The notes beneath the pieces were generated by a model, which had not been told where the DNA came from, made no database searches, and was given only the letters and a program-made list of their open reading frames with translations. A stretch of DNA of 63,231 nt from a virus (taxonomy: Duplodnaviria; Caudoviricetes): positions 1 through 63,231 of the IMG/VR virus record IMGVR_UViG_3300018421_000024; one strand, 5' to 3'. Of the stretch, positions 19,720 through 28,330 are shown one piece after another. The translations under genes were made by a program, and so were the position numbers. The first letter of the stretch is position 1. Each line of letters opens with the position of its first letter.

Positions 19720-19727
19720 TATTTATA
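19720..19727 (-). promoter_or_regulatory. Late promoter TATAAATA
   Basis: Exact consensus, immediately after the upstream terminator U-tract. Confidence 0.7.
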
Positions 19728-19769
19728 AAAAAAGGGAGGGTGCAGGTCTCTCCCTGCACCGTTTCTCCC
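19727..19769 (-). terminator. Intrinsic terminator
   Basis: GGGAG..GGTGCAGG-loop-CCTGCACC-CTCCC followed by T-run. Confidence 0.8.
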
Positions 19770-19775
19770 AAAGTG

Positions 19776-20780
19776 TTATGCCGCTTCGGCATACTCAACT
19801 GCAAGACCCAAGGCGTTGATGTTACGATCCTTGTTCGTGCCATACCAAACAGACTGCATACGAGTATCAGGATTGTGTCCTGTGGTGTGATTGGTCATGT
19901 ACGTGACTGCATTGTAAGCAGACCACCATGAACCAGCACCAAACTCAGCACCAGGTTGGGTCTCAACAATCTCCATCGCCTCAACAGCATTGCGTGATGC
20001 GACCTTCTCGCCTGCTTTGAACTGCTTCATCAACTCGTCAAACGAGACAGCACCAGACTTGGTAGAAGTCTTAGGAAAGACGCGAGTGAAGTACTCAAAC
20101 AGAGAGTCTTGAGTGTATCGCTTCTCGCTCAGGAACTGAGCCATCTCGCGATACTTGTCCATCTTCTCGTGTGCTTCATTGAGCGCCATCTTCACTTTCT
20201 CTGCATCAAACGATGAACGGTGATTCAGTGAGATGCCGAGAGACGCTTTGCCACTCAACGACATCGACAGCGTGTTGTTGCACACGACACGGATCGGAGT
20301 GAAACGAATGTCAACACCCTTGCCGTAGTTATGAGGGTTAGACAGAAGCAGGTAAGAATCGACCTGATCTTTTCCACCAAACAGTGAGAAAGACTCGTTG
20401 ACTTTCGCAAGACCCCAGATGATCTGTCCGTCTTTGAGAGAACCTGCGGTATGCATTGACATGCCACCCGCTTTCACGTAGTCATCGAAGAACTCAAACG
20501 CCTCTTCGTTCTGGACAGGAATCCAGTTGTCAGAAACGATATCAAGATACTTGTTATCGCTTGAACGAACAAGCGCCTGACGCTTAGGTGCGCGTACCAT
20601 CTCACCGTTGCGAGAATAGAACACATCCTCTTTCTCTACAGTCCAGTCAAGACCAGCGGCTTGCATCATCTCTTGTGGAGTCAGGTCATCCCCGACTTGA
20701 ACACCAAGACCGTGCCAAGGTACCTCACCAACATAAGCCATTTGAGCCTGACCGTTTACAAATTCAATTTCATGTGCCAT
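19776..20780 (-). CDS. DUF932-family protein
   Basis: MAYVGEVPWHGLG; AGLDWTV; QNEEAF.FF; TAGSL; TPIRVVCNNTL. Confidence 0.9.
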   Translation of the reverse strand: MAHEIEFVNGQAQMAYVGEVPWHGLGVQVGDDLTPQEMMQAAGLDWTVEKEDVFYSRNGEMVRAPKRQALVRSSDNKYLDIVSDNWIPVQNEEAFEFFDDYVKAGGMSMHTAGSLKDGQIIWGLAKVNESFSLFGGKDQVDSYLLLSNPHNYGKGVDIRFTPIRVVCNNTLSMSLSGKASLGISLNHRSSFDAEKVKMALNEAHEKMDKYREMAQFLSEKRYTQDSLFEYFTRVFPKTSTKSGAVSFDELMKQFKAGEKVASRNAVEAMEIVETQPGAEFGAGSWWSAYNAVTYMTNHTTGHNPDTRMQSVWYGTNKDRNINALGLAVEYAEAA

Positions 20781-20824
20781 GATATATTTCCTCTTCAGTT
20801 AAGTTTTTACCACACTATGGATTA

Positions 20825-20853
20825 ATTATCTCAAAAAAATTGTTCGTTGTCAA
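20825..20853 (-). promoter_or_regulatory. sigma70-type early promoter
   Basis: TTGACA-17 nt-GATAAT with extended -10 TG, upstream of DUF932. Confidence 0.75.
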
Positions 20854-21230
20854 GTTTTTTCGAAAACTTTTTGCCAAACATTATCAGCAGTGAACACAAA
20901 ACTACCAACAAACTCAAAACGGTCCCAGTTCTCTATCATGCTTAGAATATGATCAGTACCAGTCCAATAAAGATGATATACTGTACCGACTCTAGGTATA
21001 AAATTGTACCTTGCGTTGTAGACCAGTTCGGTCTCTTTAGCCAATCGAACAATTTCATCATACTCTTTCTGTAATGCATCGATGCGGCCTTTAAAATAGT
21101 TTGCTGCATTAACACCGCGTTCGTTTTTGAAGGTATCAACATCTGGAATGACAATCTGAGGCGCACTGATGTTACTGCCATAAGGTAGAATGTTTGCGTC
21201 TTCAGAAAAACTATCAGGTCGTTTCGACAT
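20850..21230 (-). CDS. DUF2452-like hypothetical protein
   Basis: LPYGSNISAP..; F.PRVG.VYHLY; start at MSKRPD coupled by TAATG. Confidence 0.7.
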   Translation of the reverse strand: MSKRPDSFSEDANILPYGSNISAPQIVIPDVDTFKNERGVNAANYFKGRIDALQKEYDEIVRLAKETELVYNARYNFIPRVGTVYHLYWTGTDHILSMIENWDRFEFVGSFVFTADNVWQKVFEKT

Positions 21231-21547
21231 TACCTCCTCATATGAGCGATATCGGTCGCTTCTTGCTGATTGATTACGGGAACTGCGTTTGACTTGTGCA
21301 TTGTTGCGATGCCAGTAACAAGCGTTCCAGTGTAACGAGGTGTTTCTCTGCGTGGCGCAGTTCCATTGTCTGTACTGCGAGATGCACACAGATCAAACCC
21401 AGAATCACGGCGATACACGCTAGTGGGTACATAGGGTTTGAACGAAGGCGGTTGATATTTTTGATATACTTCTCCACGGGTTTTACTCTTCTTCCGTTTT
21501 CGACCAGACATATCATACTTATACGAATTAGTAAACATCATACCCAT
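21230..21547 (-). CDS. Conserved phage hypothetical protein
   Basis: YTGTLVTGIATMHKSNAVPV motif, recalled from T4-like phages. Confidence 0.75.
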   Translation of the reverse strand: MGMMFTNSYKYDMSGRKRKKSKTRGEVYQKYQPPSFKPYVPTSVYRRDSGFDLCASRSTDNGTAPRRETPRYTGTLVTGIATMHKSNAVPVINQQEATDIAHMRR

Positions 21548-21549
21548 AA

Positions 21550-22188
21550 CTATACTCCTTCACGAGCTGCGCGAACTTTCTCCATATGTCGCTTAGACTT
21601 CAACCATGATTCAGGATCGCGGGGTTTCGGCAGTGATAGTTTTAGTTTACGTGATTTGAATTCAGATTTCAAGAATTGCGCTGCATCACGTGAGATAAAT
21701 CGCGAAACAAGTTTCAACAGGTTAATTCGAAACTGTACGCTGTGATTCATACACTTGGGTAAACAGTGAGTCATTTCATGAATCATGGTGTACTCATCGA
21801 GACCCGTTTTGGTTGACAACTCTATCATGTGTCCCCACGAACGACCAGCGGTGCGGCGACCCATACGTTTGTTATCGATCAAAGACACTGATCGACCGTT
21901 CGACAACTCATTCCACAACTTGGAATTAAGTATCTGTTTCATTCGTTTCTCAGCTTCATTGATAGACTTGAAATTCTTAATCGAATCTTTCATCTTTCGC
22001 TGCATCGCCCATTCTGACCTGTACACCTTCATACGGTCAGAGTCACGAGAGCCGTTCATGCCGCCTCTCTCTGAAGCGCGTGTTTTATTGCTGTAGTATT
22101 TACAGTATTGTTCAATGTCAGAAGGATGCCAATCAGAATCACGTAATGAATCAATCAATTGCTTAGGCGCATTATAAAAGTAATACAT
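21550..22188 (-). CDS. Putative SprT-like metallopeptidase-domain protein
   Basis: IHEMTH (HExxH) followed by H..F. Confidence 0.65.
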   Translation of the reverse strand: MYYFYNAPKQLIDSLRDSDWHPSDIEQYCKYYSNKTRASERGGMNGSRDSDRMKVYRSEWAMQRKMKDSIKNFKSINEAEKRMKQILNSKLWNELSNGRSVSLIDNKRMGRRTAGRSWGHMIELSTKTGLDEYTMIHEMTHCLPKCMNHSVQFRINLLKLVSRFISRDAAQFLKSEFKSRKLKLSLPKPRDPESWLKSKRHMEKVRAAREGV

Positions 22189-22373
22189 TACGCTGTTTCC
22201 TCAACAAATGCGTTCTCTTCATCAACTATATCCATCAGATCAACACGCAATTCTGCTATCAATCTAATGGTATCATTCGACACTGCACCAGGTCGAACAG
22301 AGTTGACGGAGTGAATACAGTTCATTGCTTCATTCAAAGCATCCAGTTTTTCACTTGCTTTTTCGATTTTCAT
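22188..22373 (-). CDS. Hypothetical early protein
   Basis: TAATG-coupled at both ends. Confidence 0.7.
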   Translation of the reverse strand: MKIEKASEKLDALNEAMNCIHSVNSVRPGAVSNDTIRLIAELRVDLMDIVDEENAFVEETA

Positions 22374-22879
22374 TACGCTGCCTCCTGAGGAGCATACTTG
22401 TCAAACCACGCGCTGAGGTCCTTGTAAAGGACCACATCGCCATTTACCATCTCATAAGAGACACCATGATGCACCCGAGTGCCATCGTTCAGCACATCAT
22501 AAGCACTAAACTGCTTCGCAATCTCATGGCGCATATAGCCGTACTCACCGTTAATGGTGGTGCGGTGGAAGGACACACGGTCCTCCTTCACAGTACCAAA
22601 GTACGGAGTATCCCACTCCTCACAGTGGTCCTCGACACGAAAGTCGATGTCATCGACCACAGTCTCGCCGATTGAGTACTCCTCCCACGCCTCACTCTTC
22701 TCAGTGATAGCGGCCTCAACACGCGCCCACCACTCGGGGTCCACGTTCTCCTCGATGGAGACATTGAAGATGTAGGTGTTGCCACCTTTGAACTTCCAGT
22801 ACTGCGGGCACTCGCCCTCGCCATCCCAGTCGTGGGCACCGTAGTTTTCGCGGATTTGGGTTTGAATAATTGCTTTCAT
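22373..22879 (-). CDS. Hypothetical early protein
   Basis: TQIRENYGAHDWDGEGECPQYWKFKGG motif; SD upstream; first gene after the CRP-box promoter. Confidence 0.8.
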   Translation of the reverse strand: MKAIIQTQIRENYGAHDWDGEGECPQYWKFKGGNTYIFNVSIEENVDPEWWARVEAAITEKSEAWEEYSIGETVVDDIDFRVEDHCEEWDTPYFGTVKEDRVSFHRTTINGEYGYMRHEIAKQFSAYDVLNDGTRVHHGVSYEMVNGDVVLYKDLSAWFDKYAPQEAA

Positions 22880-22909
22880 ATCAATGTCCTTTCATCAAAT
22901 TACGGGAGT

Positions 22910-22952
22910 ATTATATCAAAACCAGACGCACCTGTCTGTGAACTGGTTCACA
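22910..22952 (-). promoter_or_regulatory. Promoter with extended -10 and CRP-type box (copy 1)
   Basis: TGTGA-N6-TCACA 22937-22952, 21 nt gap, TGnTATAAT 22910-22915. Confidence 0.75.
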
Positions 22953-22970
22953 AAACCGAGCGTGAATATT

Positions 22971-23162
22971 TCACAGACAATAGTCGGTCAAATCAAACGG
23001 AGTGAAGGTGTACAACGGAGCACCAATCTCTTGGCCGCACAGGCGCGCTTGAATGCACCATTCATCCCATTCTTCATTAAAGAAGACATTAACAATACCA
23101 ACATAGGTATTGAACTCCGGTGAAAACGCGGTTTTGTACATTTTCAGTTTTGCTTCAGTCAT
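22971..23162 (-). CDS. Hypothetical early protein
   Basis: 63-aa ORF, TAATG-coupled. Confidence 0.65.
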   Translation of the reverse strand: MTEAKLKMYKTAFSPEFNTYVGIVNVFFNEEWDEWCIQARLCGQEIGAPLYTFTPFDLTDYCL

Positions 23163-23338
23163 TACGCAGCCCTCTTGTTAGCAAGTTCACGGTGAATAGT
23201 CTTTTTTCGACCAACATTGTAGTATGATTCTTTGAAACCAATCCTGCGAGACAGACTCAGAGACTTCTTTGCCTTCTGAGCAGGCAAGACATGAATCTTG
23301 CCGCCTCGCGCCAAAAACTGTTCAACTGTCTCAATCAT
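23162..23338 (-). CDS. Small basic protein with SutA-like FLARGGK motif
   Basis: Not in ORF track; MIETVEQFLARGGKIHVLPAQKAKK...NKRAA (58 aa), TAATG-coupled on both sides. Confidence 0.75.
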   Translation of the reverse strand: MIETVEQFLARGGKIHVLPAQKAKKSLSLSRRIGFKESYYNVGRKKTIHRELANKRAA

Positions 23339-23601
23339 TACGCAGCCTCCAATTCAGTGGTTTCTTCAATCGGGAACACCCAGAAACGCTTGGGAACCTT
23401 CTTAAACTTGGTCTCTCCAGTCGTGGGGTCTTCGACCTTCTTCGTTACGACTCGCACCAACTCAATACCAGTACCTGCCGCCACGCGGCGTCCAATCGAC
23501 TTGGCCTGCATGAAGGTGAGAAATCCTTCAGACTCATACTCAGCAAGTATGTCAGCATTCTTTCCAGTGTAGGCGTTACCAGTCACGTAATTAATCATCA
23601 A
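23338..23601 (-). CDS. ArdC-like N-terminal ssDNA-binding domain protein
   Basis: N.VTG.AY.G.N...L ... FLTF.QAK.IG..V..G pattern. Confidence 0.6.
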   Translation of the reverse strand: MMINYVTGNAYTGKNADILAEYESEGFLTFMQAKSIGRRVAAGTGIELVRVVTKKVEDPTTGETKFKKVPKRFWVFPIEETTELEAA

Positions 23602-23633
23602 ATCAATCCTCTTTCATCAGATTACGGATAGGA

Positions 23634-23797
23634 GGCTACAGGAGTTCGGTGAAAATGTCAACTCGTAAGTCATTGATTTCCAACGACTTTTCCAGCGATT
23701 GTAAGTTATTGATTTTATTGAAGTTTTTCCGAAAAAAAATTAACTTTTTTCATGAAATTTTTCGTAAATTTTACACATTTTGATCGAAAAAATCGAT
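23634..23797 (-). promoter_or_regulatory. Early promoter cassette (copy 1)
   Basis: TTGACA-17-TAGCCT; two GTAAGTnATTGATTT boxes; upstream A/T tracts shared with 54601-54765. Confidence 0.7.
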
Positions 23798-23823
23798 AAT
23801 AGATGGTTATATCCAGTAGGTGG

Positions 23824-24501
23824 TTATAACATTCCTCTATTGTAGAGGTCGAAGAATTTTCGCGTCATGGGTGTCCATTCTGATAGTTCCTCGGTGAAGA
23901 CCACGGGTTCATTCGAATCGTGAACAGCCATCAGTATCACGATCTGGTCTATTTTCATATCATAATGTTGTTCGACCATGTCGGCATACGCAGCGCCTTG
24001 CATAAAGTAGTTTTTGATCTGACTACGTGTTTTGCGTTTCTTTGAAGTCTTGAAGTCCAGTATTGTGTTCTTACCGTTGTATCGACAAATCAAGTCAGCA
24101 GTACCTGCCGCTTTGAGAGAGTCACTATACATCTGCAATTCAACACCATAGACTTCATCGACATTTTCATCAAGAAAAGGTTTGATAGTTTTGAATGTAG
24201 TCCAAGCAATAGGGTTTAGGTTTTCTTCAGTAAGTATATTCAGCATATACTTTTCCGCGATATCATGAACCGCGGTACCAGCAACAGATGCTTGGCGTGA
24301 GATACGGTTTGCCTCTTTTTCACCGACACGTGCGCGCCAGATAGCAATACCTTTTTTATTGAGGTAAGAAAGAGCTGTAGTGACGGAGGTGTATTTGTCA
24401 CCCGATTCCGTCACGTACAGTCTTTTACCATCCTCGTTTATTCGTTTAAGTATCTTAGGCTCAAATAGTTTAAGCGCAAAGTCCGAGTTGTTGCCTAGCA
24501 A
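23824..24501 (-). CDS. PD-(D/E)XK exonuclease
   Basis: SVTT.L; GTAVH..E; AGTAD; ILDFKTS; Q.AAYA. Confidence 0.88.
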   Translation of the reverse strand: MLGNNSDFALKLFEPKILKRINEDGKRLYVTESGDKYTSVTTALSYLNKKGIAIWRARVGEKEANRISRQASVAGTAVHDIAEKYMLNILTEENLNPIAWTTFKTIKPFLDENVDEVYGVELQMYSDSLKAAGTADLICRYNGKNTILDFKTSKKRKTRSQIKNYFMQGAAYADMVEQHYDMKIDQIVILMAVHDSNEPVVFTEELSEWTPMTRKFFDLYNRGML

Positions 24502-25216
24502 TGATATACTCCTTCACTAATAAACTTCGCACAATATCTTCCTCTGTGAATTCAATGTGATCGAAGTTTGATAATCTATCAATAATCTTCATAAACTGGA
24601 TCAGACCTTCTTTGTCTTGTCTCTTTACAAGATCACTTTGTCTGAAATCACCGCAAAAAATAACTCGGCAGTTATCGCCTATCCTTGTTATGAGTGAATC
24701 TAACTCATGAAAATTCATGTTGTTTACTTCATCCACTATAACAATTGAGTTGTTCAATGTCAAGCCCCGGACGAACGATGTACACATGAATTGCACCAGA
24801 CGTTTGTGCTTTAGTATTTCATATGCGTCACCACGGCCGAAGAGTTCATTACAAATTGCTTTGTAAGGTTCCTCGTAAACTCCTATTTTGTCGCTTTCTT
24901 TGCCTGGAAGGAATCCGATATCTCGGGTAGGGACAACACTTCTTACAATTGTAATGTTGTCGTAACAGTTATCTTCGCCTTGATTACTGAAGATTTCATC
25001 GAGCGCAAGATAAAGTGATATGAAGGTCTTACCTGTGCCGGCCATGCCGTGTAGTAGTAAGTGGTTGCCTTCATCGTAAGAGTCGAATGTCTCTTGTTGT
25101 GTTAATGTTTTAGGTACAATATTCGCTAGTTTCATGCCTCTCTGTGGTACTTGGTCGCGTTCATCTAATATTCCGTGTTTCTTCAGTGTGCGCCGTTGTC
25201 TCTTTGAAAGTGCCAT
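24470..25216 (-). CDS. phoH: PhoH-family ATPase
   Basis: GMAGTGKT Walker A; GFLPG; RGLT; DE; GD..QSDL; DIVRS. Confidence 0.95.
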   Translation of the reverse strand: MALSKRQRRTLKKHGILDERDQVPQRGMKLANIVPKTLTQQETFDSYDEGNHLLLHGMAGTGKTFISLYLALDEIFSNQGEDNCYDNITIVRSVVPTRDIGFLPGKESDKIGVYEEPYKAICNELFGRGDAYEILKHKRLVQFMCTSFVRGLTLNNSIVIVDEVNNMNFHELDSLITRIGDNCRVIFCGDFRQSDLVKRQDKEGLIQFMKIIDRLSNFDHIEFTEEDIVRSLLVKEYIIARQQLGLCA

Positions 25217-25257
25217 ATGATAGACCTTATTGTTGGTTAATGGAAATTACACCCTCA

Positions 25258-25485
25258 TTACCAAGTGTTGATGTTTGACCTCCTATTTCCTTTTTTGATG
25301 GTTTTTAAAAGATCGCGAAAATTATCATCAGGTTTCATTCTACCTGAATCGCGAACTAATGTGCTGGATCCGATAACGGTAGAGAGATGTGGATTACTCT
25401 CTCTGAAGGCGTCTAACTCGGAGATTTTCATGAAGTGTTCTTCTATCTCGCCAGAGTCAGCGTTTTTGAAAGTATATGTCGGCAT
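25258..25485 (-). CDS. FmdB-like small protein lacking Cys
   Basis: MPTYTF start; upstream of phoH as in T4-like marine phages. Confidence 0.7.
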   Translation of the reverse strand: MPTYTFKNADSGEIEEHFMKISELDAFRESNPHLSTVIGSSTLVRDSGRMKPDDNFRDLLKTIKKGNRRSNINTW

Positions 25486-25493
25486 ATTGGTAT

Positions 25494-25676
25494 TTATCTA
25501 GAAACGAAGTCCGAGGACCATTCATCGTACTCTACATGAGAAATATCTTCTACATTATTTGAACGAAACATGTTCTTTAATCTTTTTTCGTTCTTTTTCT
25601 TAACGTTAATATTTTTCTTTGGGCCATCGTAGAATCGTCTTTCAACACTACGATTGTCACGCCGTGTCTTACTCAT
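25494..25676 (-). CDS. Hypothetical basic protein
   Basis: 60-aa ORF with SD (GGAG). Confidence 0.55.
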   Translation of the reverse strand: MSKTRRDNRSVERRFYDGPKKNINVKKKNEKRLKNMFRSNNVEDISHVEYDEWSSDFVSR

Positions 25677-25687
25677 TGTTTTCTCCG

Positions 25688-26107
25688 TCAGATCGGTAAG
25701 TTTGGAAGTGCTTCTTTTACAAGTTTCTTGGTGATGCCTTTGTACGGTATTTTTTTATCTTTTACCGAACAGACAAGTTTAGCCTCTTCTGGATGTATAC
25801 TCTCCAAAAGATCGATGAAAAGTGATTCTCTTTTTATCTGATGTACATTAGTATTCACGGGTTCAATAAACAAATAAAACTTCCTAAGTTCTCTGTATAA
25901 ACCAGAATCATTTGATTGTCCCAGTTCATTTGGTTTATAGGGGGGTTCTCCAGGTGGTAGTGCAAACTTAACATCTGGATTAAAAACCCATTCGAAAAAT
26001 TTCAACATGACTGGATTTCCTTGATGATATCTCAGATGTTGTATTTTTTCTTTCTTTGTAGGTTTTTCAGAAACTTCTTCTAAAATTTTACTCACTAAAG
26101 GTAGTGC
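25688..26107 (-). CDS. Conserved T4-like hypothetical protein
   Basis: LPPGEPPYKPN; KRESLFIDLLESIHPEEA; KDKK..YKGIT; start uncertain. Confidence 0.8.
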   Translation of the reverse strand, partial: ALPLVSKILEEVSEKPTKKEKIQHLRYHQGNPVMLKFFEWVFNPDVKFALPPGEPPYKPNELGQSNDSGLYRELRKFYLFIEPVNTNVHQIKRESLFIDLLESIHPEEAKLVCSVKDKKIPYKGITKKLVKEALPNLPI

Positions 26108-26444
26108 CATTATTATCTCCAAAATCAAATTCTAATTGTTTTTTATTAAAAAATGTATCTCTCTGATACATCGTTTGTGCAAAATCTTGCAAAGGGTGTT
26201 CTATGTCGGACATTTTACACAACAACGAACGTATCGACTCATAAACAAAAGATGTTTCATAGATCAACTCGTCTCCATCAAATTTTGCAGAAAAACCGGC
26301 CGTGTCTATGTCTATCAACATATTTTCTATCAAAAATTCTGATGTAACAATTATATCGTCATCAAGAGCAAGTTCATAATTTTTCTGATCTTCAATCTGT
26401 TGCATTCTTTTATGAAGAGGAAACTGTATTACATTTTCTGCCAT
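26088..26444 (-). CDS. Hypothetical protein
   Basis: MAENVIQFP start motif; HPLQ. Confidence 0.7.
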   Translation of the reverse strand: MAENVIQFPLHKRMQQIEDQKNYELALDDDIIVTSEFLIENMLIDIDTAGFSAKFDGDELIYETSFVYESIRSLLCKMSDIEHPLQDFAQTMYQRDTFFNKKQLEFDFGDNNGTTFSE

Positions 26445-26480
26445 ACTCGTACCAACGTTCAGCTGTGGTCTCATTGGTAT

Positions 26481-27503
26481 TTATGAGGTCTTATAGTTGA
26501 ACAGTTGCGATTCTTGCTTAGGAAACGATGTATCTTCAACCTGCATTACTAGAGCACGCATTAACGCAATCCATTCATAGATTCTATAATCCCAGTTGTA
26601 GAAAGTATCCGCATAAGTTTTCATAGGACTCAATTTAGAAAGATATGATTGATTACCATAATTTTCTATCGCATTATCCAAAATGTTGTATAACATGCCT
26701 GCATGTGAATTTACATTCTCGTGCATCTGATACATTTGTGTCCAGTTTGCGGCAGTTTCAGGCAAGGCAGCAAAATTACTATGTATGCACACAAGACCAG
26801 CGGACATTGCTTCCATCAAACACATACAAGATGTTTCAGCCCATATTGAAGGGTATGCAAAGATATGCGATTTCTGTAACGCTTCTCTCACCACATTATT
26901 TGGTGCAGTGCCGTGATACGTCATGTTAGGATGTTGTTCAATTTTTTTGAACACCTCTTCATATTGTACATCACGTTCTTCCCATCCATAAAGTTTGAAT
27001 GAAGAGAATACATCAAGGTGTATATGAGGATATTTTTCTGATAATTTTTCTACGACAGGTGCAAGTATAATCAAACCTCTATGAGGTGTCGGAGTATAGA
27101 TTATATTGAGTCTTTCTTTAAAATCAGGTTTCTCGTGTTCTGCAATCGGAATAATTGCGTTTTGCAACACGACACAATCAGACCAGTTAAGATCATACAT
27201 GTTGATATAGTTTTGCATCTGCCAATTGGAGACAAACACATACTTGTGAAATCTATTTTTCTTGTTTTTATCTTTCAGAAACTCAGACTCAGGATCTCCA
27301 GGTAAGTCATGAGCCCAAAAGATACGAATCTTATCCTCATCTAACTCACGAACACGCGATGAAACAATCTGAAATTTTTTCAACAACTCCGCATCAGTCG
27401 TAGAAAGTCGTTTTGCTAACTCTTTTGTCAACGTCTCTGTACCGCCGTTTGAGTTTAAATTGGTCTCATTCGGTTGATACTCACCATTCAAAATTTGCGA
27501 CAT
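26481..27503 (-). CDS. Glycosyltransferase (GT-B, GT4-like)
   Basis: GGTE; FVSNWQ; TPHRGL; YPSIWAETSCMCLMEAMSAG (EX7E). Confidence 0.9.
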   Translation of the reverse strand: MSQILNGEYQPNETNLNSNGGTETLTKELAKRLSTTDAELLKKFQIVSSRVRELDEDKIRIFWAHDLPGDPESEFLKDKNKKNRFHKYVFVSNWQMQNYINMYDLNWSDCVVLQNAIIPIAEHEKPDFKERLNIIYTPTPHRGLIILAPVVEKLSEKYPHIHLDVFSSFKLYGWEERDVQYEEVFKKIEQHPNMTYHGTAPNNVVREALQKSHIFAYPSIWAETSCMCLMEAMSAGLVCIHSNFAALPETAANWTQMYQMHENVNSHAGMLYNILDNAIENYGNQSYLSKLSPMKTYADTFYNWDYRIYEWIALMRALVMQVEDTSFPKQESQLFNYKTS

Positions 27504-27511
27504 TATATCTC

Positions 27512-27742
27512 CTAACTTGTTACCAATTCAGGCAACGCTTTTAAAAATTCATTGTAAGTGTATGTGTTGTCTTCATTGACAATCAACGGCGCAGATCGAA
27601 CATTCGGATATTCTTCCATAAACTCTTCACGTGTAATATCAACACCGATCTCAACAGTCTGATACGATACGCCTTTTGCGTTCATCATGTTTTTGGCTGT
27701 GTCGCACTGAGGACAGTTGCCTTTTGTGTATATTCTAATCAT
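27512..27742 (-). CDS. nrdC: Glutaredoxin
   Basis: CPQC active site; RSAP; downstream of nrdB. Confidence 0.88.
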   Translation of the reverse strand: MIRIYTKGNCPQCDTAKNMMNAKGVSYQTVEIGVDITREEFMEEYPNVRSAPLIVNEDNTYTYNEFLKALPELVTS

Positions 27743-28172
27743 CTAAACTCACCAGTTGTTTTGAATTTATCTTTACACCTATAAACTCGTTATAGTAGCT
27801 CTCAGTTAACAGAACATTTCTATCGACCTGTTCTTTCATTTCATAATAAGAACATTGTGTTTTTGTCTTACATAAGTGTAACACACTTCGATGAAACTTG
27901 TCAACACCAAGTCTTTCTATGTCCTCTAATAATTTATTAGACGAACCGTAATACGTTTTCCAATCCGATTCGACTCGCTTAATTCGTCTTCTTTTCTTTC
28001 CTTTCAAGGGCGGCAGTTTTTTATTTGACCAAAAAAACTTTTTACCCACGTAATATTTTAAGTCTACTGTATTATGTATCAAATACACCATACCAGTATA
28101 GTCTATCACATCATCAGTTTCAAGTACAACGTCATTATAATACCAAGGATTATTATATGACGCTAACACCAT
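27735..28172 (-). CDS. GIY-YIG-like protein
   Basis: GMVYLI...YYVGKK; SDWKTYYGSS; YYNEFIG. Confidence 0.75.
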   Translation of the reverse strand: MVLASYNNPWYYNDVVLETDDVIDYTGMVYLIHNTVDLKYYVGKKFFWSNKKLPPLKGKKRRRIKRVESDWKTYYGSSNKLLEDIERLGVDKFHRSVLHLCKTKTQCSYYEMKEQVDRNVLLTESYYNEFIGVKINSKQLVSLDD

Positions 28173-28330
28173 TCATCATCCTCTAGATCAATAGTGAAGT
28201 CTTCAATGTTGGCACTACAGATAGGACAAAATTGAACCTCGACCTCCACTTCATCTTCATAGTTTGATTGCAACACAATCACATCACATTTGACCTCACA
28301 TGATATACAGTTTATTGTTTTTCTTTTCAT
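28163..28330 (-). CDS. Small zinc-ribbon protein
   Basis: Not in ORF track; MKRKTINCISC...FCPICS (55 aa), two CxxC. Confidence 0.7.
   Translation of the reverse strand: MKRKTINCISCEVKCDVIVLQSNYEDEVEVEVQFCPICSANIEDFTIDLEDDEWC

Noticed and set aside
21231-21389. 5' extension of ORF 20850-21389
   Set aside because: Overlaps the conserved 21230-21547 gene; TAATG coupling with SD supports a start at 21230
27735-28172. Mobile homing endonuclease
   Set aside because: Only a short catalytic-type domain with no DNA-binding extension, in a position typical of a resident T4-like gene
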